Made by a program: the position numbers and the translations under genes. 64,000 nt of DNA from Patescibacteria group bacterium. GTDB lineage: Bacteria > Patescibacteriota > Minisyncoccia > UBA6257 > GWB1-50-10. The stretch is taken from the NCBI GenBank assembly GCA_040757555.1, contig JBFLWN010000002.1, forward strand, positions 19,116 through 83,115, written 5' to 3'. Positions 50,480-59,565 of this stretch are shown here, in pieces (position 1 is the stretch's first letter; each line of letters begins with the position of its first letter). The notes beneath the pieces are model-generated. The model worked only from the letters and a program-made list of their open reading frames with translations, made no database searches and was not told the origin of the DNA.

Positions 50480-50987
50480 TCAACAATTCATGAATGTCGG
50501 CGTTTTTGGAATCATTAATGAGAATCATTTTTTCCTCTTTCATTCCTCCTAGGAGAGAAAATATTTTCGTTTTATTGTCCCTATTCCATCGGTATATCCA
50601 CAAAAGAAACGGAATGCTGAACCTTTCCCCGCCTCCTTCCGGAAGCCCGTGTCTTTTTTCGAGACCAATCACAATTCTCATCATTCGCCTCAACACACGA
50701 TAGAGTTGCACTCTCGTCGGAATATCAATAAAAATGATGCGGTCCGCCCACATTGCTCTTTCGAGAAACAGCACTTTAGTATAATTCCCTTCCGCCACTC
50801 CGACGTCTTTTGATAAAAATTGCTTGCACACTTCCTCCAATTTTTCTTTTTCTTTCTTTTTCCACTGTGGATCCAAAAATAATGCATCCAGATGATACAC
50901 GGGATATCCGGTAGCAAGAGAGATTCTATTTGCCAGTGTGGATTTCCCGGAACCACTTCCCCCTAAAATCATTATTTTTTTATACAT
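50466..50987 (-). CDS. P-loop kinase of the topology-modulation (FlaR)/adenylate-kinase-like family
   Basis: IMILGGSGSGKSTLANRIS..PVYHLDALF. Confidence 0.65.
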   Translation of the reverse strand: MYKKIMILGGSGSGKSTLANRISLATGYPVYHLDALFLDPQWKKKEKEKLEEVCKQFLSKDVGVAEGNYTKVLFLERAMWADRIIFIDIPTRVQLYRVLRRMMRIVIGLEKRHGLPEGGGERFSIPFLLWIYRWNRDNKTKIFSLLGGMKEEKMILINDSKNADIHELLNDKK

Positions 50988-51015
50988 AGAAGTAAAAAAT
51001 ATACATTAAAATCCT

Positions 51016-52125
51016 CTAATAGCCCTTATGTCCAAAATCTTTTAATTCCCTCTTCGCTGTTTTGATGAATTTTCCGAATTGCCGATCTTTTTTCCTTTTT
51101 TCAAAATCACTCATTTCGTAATATTCCGATTCTTTTTTCAGGGTAATATAATTTGAATGTTTTTCTTTATCCAATGTTCCCGAATTCACCGCATCAATAA
51201 CTTTACAGCCGGGTTCTTGAGTATGCGTGCAATTGGTATATTTACAATTTTTGGCCAATTCCGTAATTTCATCGAACGTAGCATTGATTCCCTGATCAAC
51301 GTCGGTGATCCCGACCTCACGTATTCCAGGATTATCAATCACAATCCCCCCGTTTTTGAGAAAATACATCTGCCGAGTTGTAGTGACATGCTTTCCTCTG
51401 CCGGAATATGCGCTGATGTCCCCCGTTTTTATAGATTCCTCGCCGAGAAGTTTATTGATGAGTGAAGATTTTCCCACACCGGATGAGCCGAGAAAACAAT
51501 ATGTGTTGCCCTTCTTAATATATTGTTTCAAATCTTTGAGCCCTTCGTTCTGGATGGTGCTTGTCGGAATAATATCAACGCCCTTAAATCTGTCTTTCAA
51601 CTCTACTATCTTTTCATCCAATCCCTCCTTCGAGAGGAGGTCGATTTTGTTCAATATAATAACAAGTTCCGCACCGCCGTTTTTTACGATGGCGAAATAT
51701 CGTTCAAAGCGATTCAAATTGTAGTCGCGATCAACCGACTCCACCACAAACACAACATCAATATTCGTTGCGATAACCTGCGTTTCGTTTTTCTCCCCAA
51801 TTCTGTTTTTGTCCCCGGATTTTCTCTTGATGATTGTTTTCCTCTCCAATATTCCGCGAATAACCGCCTGTTCTCCATCAAGTTCGGAAATCGCAACCCA
51901 ATCGCCCACAGCAGGATAATCTTCTCTCAAAGAGGCTTTAAACATCTGTTTCCCCGTCACTCTCGCCAGATATTCCCCGTCTGCATTTTTAACTTTATAC
52001 ACTCCTCTGGCCTCAGAAATAACTCGCGCAACCGAAAAATTGCCGAGATCAAGTTTATTTCTACTCGACTCAAAAAATGAGTTGTATCCAAAATCCTTAA
52101 TGTTCATTTTTTCACCTTTTTCCAT
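51016..52125 (-). CDS. rsgA: ribosome small-subunit-dependent GTPase A
   Basis: NKID; GSSGVGKSSLIN; C-terminal zinc CxxC..H..C; OB-fold N-terminus. Confidence 0.85.
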   Translation of the reverse strand: MEKGEKMNIKDFGYNSFFESSRNKLDLGNFSVARVISEARGVYKVKNADGEYLARVTGKQMFKASLREDYPAVGDWVAISELDGEQAVIRGILERKTIIKRKSGDKNRIGEKNETQVIATNIDVVFVVESVDRDYNLNRFERYFAIVKNGGAELVIILNKIDLLSKEGLDEKIVELKDRFKGVDIIPTSTIQNEGLKDLKQYIKKGNTYCFLGSSGVGKSSLINKLLGEESIKTGDISAYSGRGKHVTTTRQMYFLKNGGIVIDNPGIREVGITDVDQGINATFDEITELAKNCKYTNCTHTQEPGCKVIDAVNSGTLDKEKHSNYITLKKESEYYEMSDFEKRKKDRQFGKFIKTAKRELKDFGHKGY

Positions 52126-52202
52126 AGTATTACTAATAACAAACCATTTTATAGTTTATATTAGCACTAATTTTTCGACGAATCTCAAACTTACGTATTT
52201 TA

Positions 52203-52919
52203 CTAAACATCATACTTTTTACGCACTTCCTCTTTCCGTTGAATCTCACCTCTCTCTAAATTTTCAAACACAAATTGAGTGCTCCTTATTGATTCGTCTT
52301 CCAAATGATCCCAGATAGTACTAGATAAATCGAAGTCGTTAGAGAGTTTGTTAAATGTTTGCTGTATCGTTTTGATTAATGCTTCAATTTCATTCGGTAC
52401 GAACGTGCCATTAATAGCTTTCATGTCGGTGTGTGCGAGTTGTTTGTCACGGATGTTTTTTAAATTTGTAATAAGTACTTCATGTGATTTTCGGAGTTGT
52501 TCGATTTGATTAATGGTTTCCTGTTTAATGGGCACATAGTCGTCTTTTATGGCACCAATTTTATCAAGATTTGGATATACGCTTCTGATAATATCCGCCG
52601 TGAACAAACTTTTGTTTTTCTCAATTTTTTTTATTAATCCTACAATGCTCAAGGCTTGCGAGTCTTTGTCAAAGAACTTCATTAAACCAACAATGAAGGT
52701 TTGTAGGTGACTTTGCTCGGTCGGTATGAAAAAATATTTGTAGAGACTCAATAACGCAGCATTTTTCTCGGCCTGTTCTTTTCCGACTTCTGGTATCGAA
52801 CGTGAGAATGTAAGTGTTCTCCAAATATGATACGACTCAACTACAGCAAAAATCTCGTGACTCATTCGGTTAAAGAGTTCTTTTACTTCTATAAATTTCT
52901 GCTTTGCTTTATCGTCCAT
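52203..52919 (-). CDS. hypothetical protein with an HEPN-like Rx5H motif (Abi-like candidate)
   Basis: IRDKQLAHTD near C-terminal helices; AT-rich. Confidence 0.4.
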   Translation of the reverse strand: MDDKAKQKFIEVKELFNRMSHEIFAVVESYHIWRTLTFSRSIPEVGKEQAEKNAALLSLYKYFFIPTEQSHLQTFIVGLMKFFDKDSQALSIVGLIKKIEKNKSLFTADIIRSVYPNLDKIGAIKDDYVPIKQETINQIEQLRKSHEVLITNLKNIRDKQLAHTDMKAINGTFVPNEIEALIKTIQQTFNKLSNDFDLSSTIWDHLEDESIRSTQFVFENLERGEIQRKEEVRKKYDV

Positions 52920-52925
52920 GATTTC

Positions 52926-53546
52926 CTATTGAGTTATTTGAGAAATTTTCCAATCACTAAAATCTCCATTAATCTCAACTTTATGGGTTATTGATTTATC
53001 TCCAAAAGAATTTCGGAACTCCGTTACAGAATAGGAATAGCCGTCTGCTCCCGAATTTAAAAGACCGACACAAAATACCGCCTCAAAATTGTGCCGTTTG
53101 AAAATAGCTTCTCGAATCTTGTTTCTAAAAAACCATCCAGCTCCATCGAAAAACGCAACCAGAATTTTATCCTGCGCATATTCAGGTCCTCTGGCGATTT
53201 TTATGTTTATAGCTTGAATAACTCTATCTTCCCCAGTGGGCAAATTTTTACCTGCTGGTATATCAAGAGCGCAAACATGCTCAGTTGGGAAAAATAATTC
53301 TTTTTCTCTGTCGACAATAAAACCATCTCCTCCAATTACATCTTCCGCAAAAGTTATAAATTTATTTTGCAGATGGCTTAACACAACAGAAATTAACCAG
53401 TTTGCCCACGCTTCCCTGGGAAGCAAATTAAAATTTGCCATTCTTCTTCCGTTCCATAGGTATTTAGGATTTTTCACCATTGGCTCAAAATCCTTAAGTA
53501 CAATCCTTAAATCCTTGATTACATTTATGCTTTTTTTCATACTCAC
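52926..53546 (-). CDS. hypothetical protein (partner of the HEPN-like gene, 6-bp spacing)
   Basis: ORF only. Confidence 0.4.
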   Translation of the reverse strand: MSMKKSINVIKDLRIVLKDFEPMVKNPKYLWNGRRMANFNLLPREAWANWLISVVLSHLQNKFITFAEDVIGGDGFIVDREKELFFPTEHVCALDIPAGKNLPTGEDRVIQAINIKIARGPEYAQDKILVAFFDGAGWFFRNKIREAIFKRHNFEAVFCVGLLNSGADGYSYSVTEFRNSFGDKSITHKVEINGDFSDWKISQITQ

Positions 53547-53615
53547 TTGACGCTCCTTGGGCGGGATAACCTGTCACGACTTTATTTATAGTATACAGAC
53601 ACGCTTTTAGTGTTT

Positions 53616-54071
53616 TTAAAAGTGATAAAGAAAATAATACAATACAGGAAGCTCAAGTAAGAAAGATAAGCCAATTATCGTGGATAAGGTACTTTTTGGT
53701 AGTAATAATCCTGCTTTAGTATAAGATAATTTACCGTTGTAATTTTTTATTTCCCACAACAAGTCTGGAATTCTTAAAATCATGATTACTAGTGCTACTG
53801 CCATGACGCCAATATTCCAAAAATGAAACAGTAAATAAAGATAAACTACAATTAATGTGAGGGAAAAAAAATTAGCTCTCCTATTAGCGCGCTGAGATTC
53901 TTTAATTTGATTTTTAATAAATTCATCACCCTCCGATTTTATTTTGTTAAGTTCCGGATCTGAAAACAAACCCCTTACTAAAAGACCCAATAGATTTACG
54001 CTTAAATATACTAGAACAAAGTAAAATGCTATAGATATTAATATGTGAATAATCATATAAGGCGATTTCAA
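53616..54071 (-). CDS. hypothetical 4-TM membrane protein
   Basis: Hydrophobic helices. Confidence 0.4.
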   Translation of the reverse strand: MKSPYMIIHILISIAFYFVLVYLSVNLLGLLVRGLFSDPELNKIKSEGDEFIKNQIKESQRANRRANFFSLTLIVVYLYLLFHFWNIGVMAVALVIMILRIPDLLWEIKNYNGKLSYTKAGLLLPKSTLSTIIGLSFLLELPVLYYFLYHF

Positions 54072-54077
54072 GTAGTT

Positions 54078-54713
54078 TTATTTTATCATCTGTATGTCTT
54101 TAATCAGAACCGACAAATCACTTCCCTTCTCCCTCACCTTGTCGGTCATAAAATAGATACCTCTATAATATTTTTTAACATAATAATACATTTTTAGATC
54201 GCATGTTAAAATTTTAGCATCTAAAAACACTCCCTCTGTTGCAATATAAAAATCAAGTGGGTGCATTTTAGATATTTTTACATGAGAAAATCTCTTGTAT
54301 TTTTGTATTATCTGTGAAATTTCAAGAGTTCGACTATGCCTACAATCAATCTTTGAAAGAAATTTATCAATTTTTTGTACACATTTTTTGACAGGAATTT
54401 TATTGATTCTAATTAAACGAGAAATTGTCTCAAGATAAACCAGTGCTGGAATATAAAAAGTTGGCTTATAAGGAAGAACTGCCCCCAAAGAAGATGTGGC
54501 TGCAATATAATGAGTATCATTTTCATCTAAGATCGCGATTAACCATGAAGAATCCGGAACTATTTTTAATTTTGGTATGACTTCTTCATTCTCATTCAAA
54601 GGGCTATCTCCGATTCTATTTTGCGCCTCATCTTTTCCTAATGAATCTTGTAAAACTTTTACCTGTTCCAATAGCGAGTTTATTTGTGCATGAAGTTCTT
54701 CAATTGTAGTCAT
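54078..54713 (-). CDS. PIN-domain-like protein with N-terminal coiled coil
   Basis: IVPDSSWLIAIL (hhxD[TS]S start) and ILTCDLK (TxD) near the C-terminus. Confidence 0.4.
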   Translation of the reverse strand: MTTIEELHAQINSLLEQVKVLQDSLGKDEAQNRIGDSPLNENEEVIPKLKIVPDSSWLIAILDENDTHYIAATSSLGAVLPYKPTFYIPALVYLETISRLIRINKIPVKKCVQKIDKFLSKIDCRHSRTLEISQIIQKYKRFSHVKISKMHPLDFYIATEGVFLDAKILTCDLKMYYYVKKYYRGIYFMTDKVREKGSDLSVLIKDIQMIK

Positions 54714-54757
54714 TTTAAAAAAATAAATTCAATCAAACCTATTTTCGAATAGTTAAG

Positions 54758-55471
54758 TTATGTTTTGGGAGTATCTCTCTTTTGAACAGCTTGTTTTGCT
54801 CCATCAGGCAATTCATCATAAAACGCCCTTATTTCTTTTGGTTCTGTTATCATCTTTTCGGCGATAAAATTTAATAGGCCAAATAACTTAACGACACGCG
54901 TGGTATCTTCTTTTAAATCTAATTCTCCAGGATGAACTGCATTGTTCCCCGTAATACGAAGTGCATCTAAAGATTTTTGTATTGTTGGATTTAATCCTTT
55001 TTTAACTAAAGCTGCAATATCGTCATTGATATTTTCCCCCTTTTCTCCAAGTTGAATACAGAGCTTTTGCAATGCCAATCTTAAAATCGCCGCAGCGGAT
55101 CGTGGAGAGTCGTCCAATATATTCGCAGCTTCCAAATAATCAGATTGAATTTCTTCCGAAAGATCGGAATTAGGTTTTTCCACAACGATTTTTTTGGGAA
55201 AAATCATACTGGAATCTTTCCAAACTGAAACATTACTGCAATGTTCGCATATTGAAATAGTCCACGTTTCTGGAAGATTTCCAGTAATCGGCGTTAAATT
55301 TCTAATATTAGAATCATAAACTTGGCCAGAGTATCTGTTTCTGTTTGCTGTTGTATAACAGTCTCCTACCGCGCTTAGGTGTGACCATCGCTGCTTTGCA
55401 AAAACACCACAATGTGGGCAATGGAACTTGCCTTCTGCGTGTTCTGGTGGAAAATGTTCTTCTTTACTCAT
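54758..55471 (-). CDS. zinc-ribbon plus DUF4145-like (HEPN-related) protein
   Basis: CPHCG..CEHC; SAAAILRLALQKL..LDALRITGNNAVH. Confidence 0.5.
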   Translation of the reverse strand: MSKEEHFPPEHAEGKFHCPHCGVFAKQRWSHLSAVGDCYTTANRNRYSGQVYDSNIRNLTPITGNLPETWTISICEHCSNVSVWKDSSMIFPKKIVVEKPNSDLSEEIQSDYLEAANILDDSPRSAAAILRLALQKLCIQLGEKGENINDDIAALVKKGLNPTIQKSLDALRITGNNAVHPGELDLKEDTTRVVKLFGLLNFIAEKMITEPKEIRAFYDELPDGAKQAVQKRDTPKT

Positions 55472-55587
55472 AAGCTGTCATTTTGATTATACTCCTACTC
55501 TATGATTTTATATTAAAACCCCCACACAAATGCGCAAGTGTCTTTATTTGAATTTTTCGCCCTTCGTTGATATGATAGTTTTGCCAT

Positions 55588-55661
55588 TGCGGGATCGTCT
55601 AATGGTAGGACAGCGGACTCTGAATCCGTCAATCTTGGTTCGAATCCAGGTCCCGCAGCCA
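55588..55661 (+). tRNA. tRNA-Gln (anticodon CTG), CCA encoded
   Basis: Acceptor TGCGGGA/TCCCGCA; anticodon stem GCGGA/TCCGT with loop CTCTGAA; T arm TTGGTTCGAATCCAG. Confidence 0.85.
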
Positions 55662-55676
55662 AGTAATATAAATATC

Positions 55677-56111
55677 ATGGACCTAGAGATAGATATAAAG
55701 GGTACTTTTTTAAACATTAAAGTTGTGATTTTGGTCAAAACAAAAAATGGCTTTATTCTTGAAAAAAGTCCAAACGGATATTTTTATTTTGTCGGTGGGA
55801 GGGTAAAAATAAATGAGACATCAGAAGAAGCTGCAAAAAGAGAAATTTTTGAAGAAATAGGCATTAAAATTGAAGAATTGACGTTCAAAACCATAATCGA
55901 AAATTTCTTTACTCTAAAAGAAAATCAGCACGTTCATGAAATCTGTTTTGTTTATACAATCGATCACAAACTAGAGATAAATGATTTAGCGTCAAATTAT
56001 GTAGAGTGTCCAATCACCAACTTTGAAAACACAGACATTAGACCACGCGCCCTAAAAGACTACATTTTAACAAACGACGACAGACCACATATCATCTACA
56101 GGAACCTCTAG
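55677..56111 (+). CDS. Nudix hydrolase (start trimmed so the CDS no longer overlaps the tRNA)
   Basis: Nudix box GGRVKINETSEEAAKREIFEEIGI. Confidence 0.75.
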   Translation: MDLEIDIKGTFLNIKVVILVKTKNGFILEKSPNGYFYFVGGRVKINETSEEAAKREIFEEIGIKIEELTFKTIIENFFTLKENQHVHEICFVYTIDHKLEINDLASNYVECPITNFENTDIRPRALKDYILTNDDRPHIIYRNL

Positions 56112-56124
56112 CCTCTGGAAATAC

Positions 56125-56160
56125 AAAAGCACCACTATGACGCGTCATAGTGGTGCTCAA
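56125..56160. terminator. 12-bp perfect-stem hairpin gcaccactatgacgcgtcatagtggtgc
   Basis: Between convergent genes. Confidence 0.45.
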
Positions 56161-56183
56161 GAAGAAAAACAATTCTCCCCAAC

Positions 56184-56432
56184 TTAAAATTGAAGAACCT
56201 CTAAAACCCTATGTATCACGAGTGCAGGCCACGCGATCGCTTTCAAAACACCTAAAACTCCCATCCAGAAAGTTTCCGAATGTTGTATGAAATATACCAA
56301 TGCGCCGACAAACCCCAAACAATAAATAAAACATCCGGAAGCGCACCCACTCCCGCATTTTTTTGACCCACACTTCGTCAAATCACAGCACTTTGTTTGT
56401 TTTTCTTCTCCCCCGCCTTGTTCGTTAGTCAT
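56184..56432 (-). CDS. small Cys-rich 2-TM protein
   Basis: CCDLTKCGSKKCGSGCASGC followed by TM helices. Confidence 0.45.
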   Translation of the reverse strand: MTNEQGGGEEKQTKCCDLTKCGSKKCGSGCASGCFIYCLGFVGALVYFIQHSETFWMGVLGVLKAIAWPALVIHRVLEVLQF

Positions 56433-56481
56433 GCGTTCATTATATCATAAGAAAAAACGTGCTTCATCAGCACGTTTTATT

Positions 56482-57162
56482 TTATGAAAATACAAAATTT
56501 TCCTCGACCGACACCACAAGATAATCCTTTTCAACTGAAGGAATAATAACAATCTTCTTCCCCCACCGTTCGGCAGTGATACATTCGTTGGCAACAAAAA
56601 GATTCGAGAAGTAGCGACGCGAAAGATAATTTTTCATCGCAGTACGAAAAGATGAAATAATTTCATCTTTTTCTTTTTGATAAAGAAAGATTTTAAATCT
56701 GCTTTTATAATTCATTGCAATAGCATCCTTCGTCGCATTTTCAATCCATTTTTTTTCATCTTGCACTTGATCGTGAAAATCAAATACATCCGAGACCCTC
56801 TTTTTCAATTCCCTCCCGATAGATTCCTTCATTTCCGTACATCCGCTAGGGAGCATAGAAACGAGAGTAGAAAGAGCACACTCTACCTCTTCGTTCGAAT
56901 ACGCTGAAAATGTCCCTAATGCAATACTTTTACACTCATGAAATGATTTTTTCTTCCAATATGGCATATTCTTCGGGAATGTCTTTTCTAACTTCTGGAA
57001 AATACGGCTCACCCCTGTAGCATACGGGGTATTTCTCATTTTTCTCAATTTTAAGAGTGAAATGAGAAATCTTAAAAATGCATTCTGATCAGGTATTTCC
57101 TGTACTTCACGTAAAAAATTAGCGATGGTTTTTTGTAGATTTACCTCTTTCGTCTTTTCCAT
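56482..57162 (-). CDS. hypothetical protein
   Basis: ORF with its own terminator. Confidence 0.45.
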   Translation of the reverse strand: MEKTKEVNLQKTIANFLREVQEIPDQNAFLRFLISLLKLRKMRNTPYATGVSRIFQKLEKTFPKNMPYWKKKSFHECKSIALGTFSAYSNEEVECALSTLVSMLPSGCTEMKESIGRELKKRVSDVFDFHDQVQDEKKWIENATKDAIAMNYKSRFKIFLYQKEKDEIISSFRTAMKNYLSRRYFSNLFVANECITAERWGKKIVIIPSVEKDYLVVSVEENFVFS

Positions 57163-57253
57163 TTTTCCTCCATATTTAAATTTCTAAATAAATAGTGGAA
57201 TATTTCGGTGAGTTTGTCAAACAAAAACCCCACTATCAGCGGGGTTTTATTTT

Positions 57254-58375
57254 TTACAATTTTACTTTCTCTTGTGCTAATTGTAATACAAAAAGAAATG
57301 TCGGATCTTCATAATGCGATCCTTTCTTCCTGATTTTTTCGGTGAGCCATTTCTCGGCACGGAGTACATATTCTCGGAGAACTTTTTTCGAGCATTTCAG
57401 TTTTTCATCGAATGCAATGCGAGACAGATTTACGATAAAACATTTGAAACATCCGCCACATTGAGCCTCATAAAACGGAAATTTCGGATATTTCGACCAA
57501 AAGATTCTCTTTTGCATTCTGTCTTTCAACAACGGATAGGAAAAACAACTATTCGTGTGCGCGAGATCGAGCGGATATTCCCGTATCATTATCTCGAGTA
57601 TCTCCCATTCTTTTTTATCGTCCCACACAACATCAACCCAAAATCCCAGTGCATAGAGGAGTTGATTGAATTCCCTCATATACTTTTCCTGTCCGCTGAA
57701 GAGATCATATACGGTTTCATCGCCAAATCCCTCGATTACAATGTTTCCTGCTCCATATTGATATGCATACGGAATCATAAGCGCGACGAGAAACATGTCA
57801 CGGCTTTTCATTGTTTCGAATCCATTTCGTGGAGTTCCATTTTTCAAATGCACCGTATCGAGATGCACCTTCTTCCATTCAGCATATTTTTCCGCGTACT
57901 TTTTTTCCTCCGAACAACACGAAAGATTTAGATTTTGGATGTGCACGAGATGTGGAGATTGACCATCTTTCAATGCTTTCAAAAAATGATACACACTGTC
58001 TTTTCCGCTCGAAAAAGGAACAATAACTCCTTTGTCATCCAACGAAGGTACTTCTTTTTTCAAGTAAGAAATTCCGGGAATTTCTCCTCCCTGCGAAACA
58101 ATCTTCGGAGCGGGTTTTCCTGATATTTTGTACATTCTCTTGATAAAATCACTCACCTTTTTTTCCAGTTTATAATTCACGAGAGTAATTTTTTCCGGCA
58201 ACAATCCACTTACCATGTGCATTGTCCCAAATTGAGAGAATAAAAACTCGCTTTTCTCGTCATACGGATAATCCTTGCTTCGTATTGAAAGACTTATGTG
58301 CTGTTCCTTCTTTCCAACCAAAATCCGATTTTTGGTCTTTAACTCAAAATCTTCATACGCTATCTGCATTTCCAT
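57254..58375 (-). CDS. PP-loop (SxGKDS) ATP-pyrophosphatase-like protein with C-terminal CGGCxxC
   Basis: VIVPFSSGKDSVYHFL; CGGCFKC. Confidence 0.5.
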   Translation of the reverse strand: MEMQIAYEDFELKTKNRILVGKKEQHISLSIRSKDYPYDEKSEFLFSQFGTMHMVSGLLPEKITLVNYKLEKKVSDFIKRMYKISGKPAPKIVSQGGEIPGISYLKKEVPSLDDKGVIVPFSSGKDSVYHFLKALKDGQSPHLVHIQNLNLSCCSEEKKYAEKYAEWKKVHLDTVHLKNGTPRNGFETMKSRDMFLVALMIPYAYQYGAGNIVIEGFGDETVYDLFSGQEKYMREFNQLLYALGFWVDVVWDDKKEWEILEIMIREYPLDLAHTNSCFSYPLLKDRMQKRIFWSKYPKFPFYEAQCGGCFKCFIVNLSRIAFDEKLKCSKKVLREYVLRAEKWLTEKIRKKGSHYEDPTFLFVLQLAQEKVKL

Positions 58376-58476
58376 GCTTCACCTCTTTTTCAAGTTTTAA
58401 AATTCTAACTTCTTTATAGTCCCATAAGGACGTGAAGTCAAACAAAAAAGAGGTGTACTTTACACCCCTTTTTCTT

Positions 58477-59409
58477 TTAATATGCCCCTTCTTGGTTTTC
58501 CAGAATTTCTTTACGTAAAGGAAGAACTTTTTCACTTAGTTCGATTTTTTTTCTTATAAGCACATATGCTTCAGCAATTTTTCTATTTTTGAGAAGTGCT
58601 TCTTCGAGTGAAAGTGTCTCTCCTATATCATCAACATTCGTTGCAAGTTTAGTGATATACTCCACATCTTCTCGTGCCAATAATTCCCAATTTTTCACAA
58701 GAAAACCGAGTTCACCCAAATTGTATAACACGTTGATAAACACATCGCGATGTTCAATGAGTTTCTGAGGAATTTTTTTGTATTTCAGAAAATGACAATC
58801 CCATGCGGCTGTTGAAAGTTTATACATGAAATCAATGAGAATCTCATCTGTGTGTGAATTAACTTTATGCTGTATATTCTTTTCAAGTGAAAAAAAATCA
58901 ATAACCTTCGGAAAAATCTTTGAATCCGTATCCATGATCATATTCCACCATGATGGTTTATCATGAATTTCTTTAAACTTGTTCACAGAACGTATATCCT
59001 TCAAAAATTTCTGACAAAGGACAGTGAGCGCTTTTTTGGCAATTATCTGCTTATACCCCTGTTCGGTTGTATTCCGCATCATATTATTCTGATCTAATAC
59101 ACTTACGGAATATTCGTGACGAGAATCAATCTCTGGGTTTCTGAAAGATCCGTAATTATCATATCCATATGCATAATCAAAATATATGCATATTGCATCA
59201 GATATAAAAAGATCTCCGCTTTTTACATCTTCGTCGAGACCTCGATGTAACAAACCTATAATCTCTTTATAATTTTCCGCTTTGCTTATTGCATCCATCC
59301 ACATGTCGTATGTGTAATATCCATGAATGGATCGATTCGCAAGCACTTTGTTCCGTTCGAGTTCAATCTCCCGGAGAATTTCTTCTCTTGATTTTTCCTT
59401 CTTTTTCAT
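58477..59409 (-). CDS. hypothetical protein
   Basis: ORF only. Confidence 0.45.
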   Translation of the reverse strand: MKKKEKSREEILREIELERNKVLANRSIHGYYTYDMWMDAISKAENYKEIIGLLHRGLDEDVKSGDLFISDAICIYFDYAYGYDNYGSFRNPEIDSRHEYSVSVLDQNNMMRNTTEQGYKQIIAKKALTVLCQKFLKDIRSVNKFKEIHDKPSWWNMIMDTDSKIFPKVIDFFSLEKNIQHKVNSHTDEILIDFMYKLSTAAWDCHFLKYKKIPQKLIEHRDVFINVLYNLGELGFLVKNWELLAREDVEYITKLATNVDDIGETLSLEEALLKNRKIAEAYVLIRKKIELSEKVLPLRKEILENQEGAY

Positions 59410-59520
59410 TTCAGACCTCTTCTTTTATGAATGAACTATGCCCAGTTATTTAGGGCTTGTATTCGCAATATAAAAAGAACAGGTCTCTTTGTCAATCTCC
59501 TTGGAACGAGATCAAAAAAC

Positions 59521-59538
59521 AACATTCTGCAGAATGTT
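59521..59538 (-). terminator. 18-bp perfect palindrome aacattctgcagaatgtt followed by a T-run on the minus strand (rlmI-like terminator)
   Basis: Directly visible. Confidence 0.5.
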
Positions 59539-59565
59539 GGAATATTCGTGATCAATGAAAATATA

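Noticed and set aside
51157-52080. Several plus-strand ORFs of 102 to 185 aa
   Set aside because: They lie antisense inside rsgA, whose GTPase motifs are unambiguous.
52126-52202. Direct repeat of the tRNA-Gln 3' end marking an island boundary
   Set aside because: No match to the tRNA-Gln 3' end was found here, and the island lies on the 5' side of the tRNA. tRNA-targeted integration is therefore not supported, and the block is treated as a variable region only.
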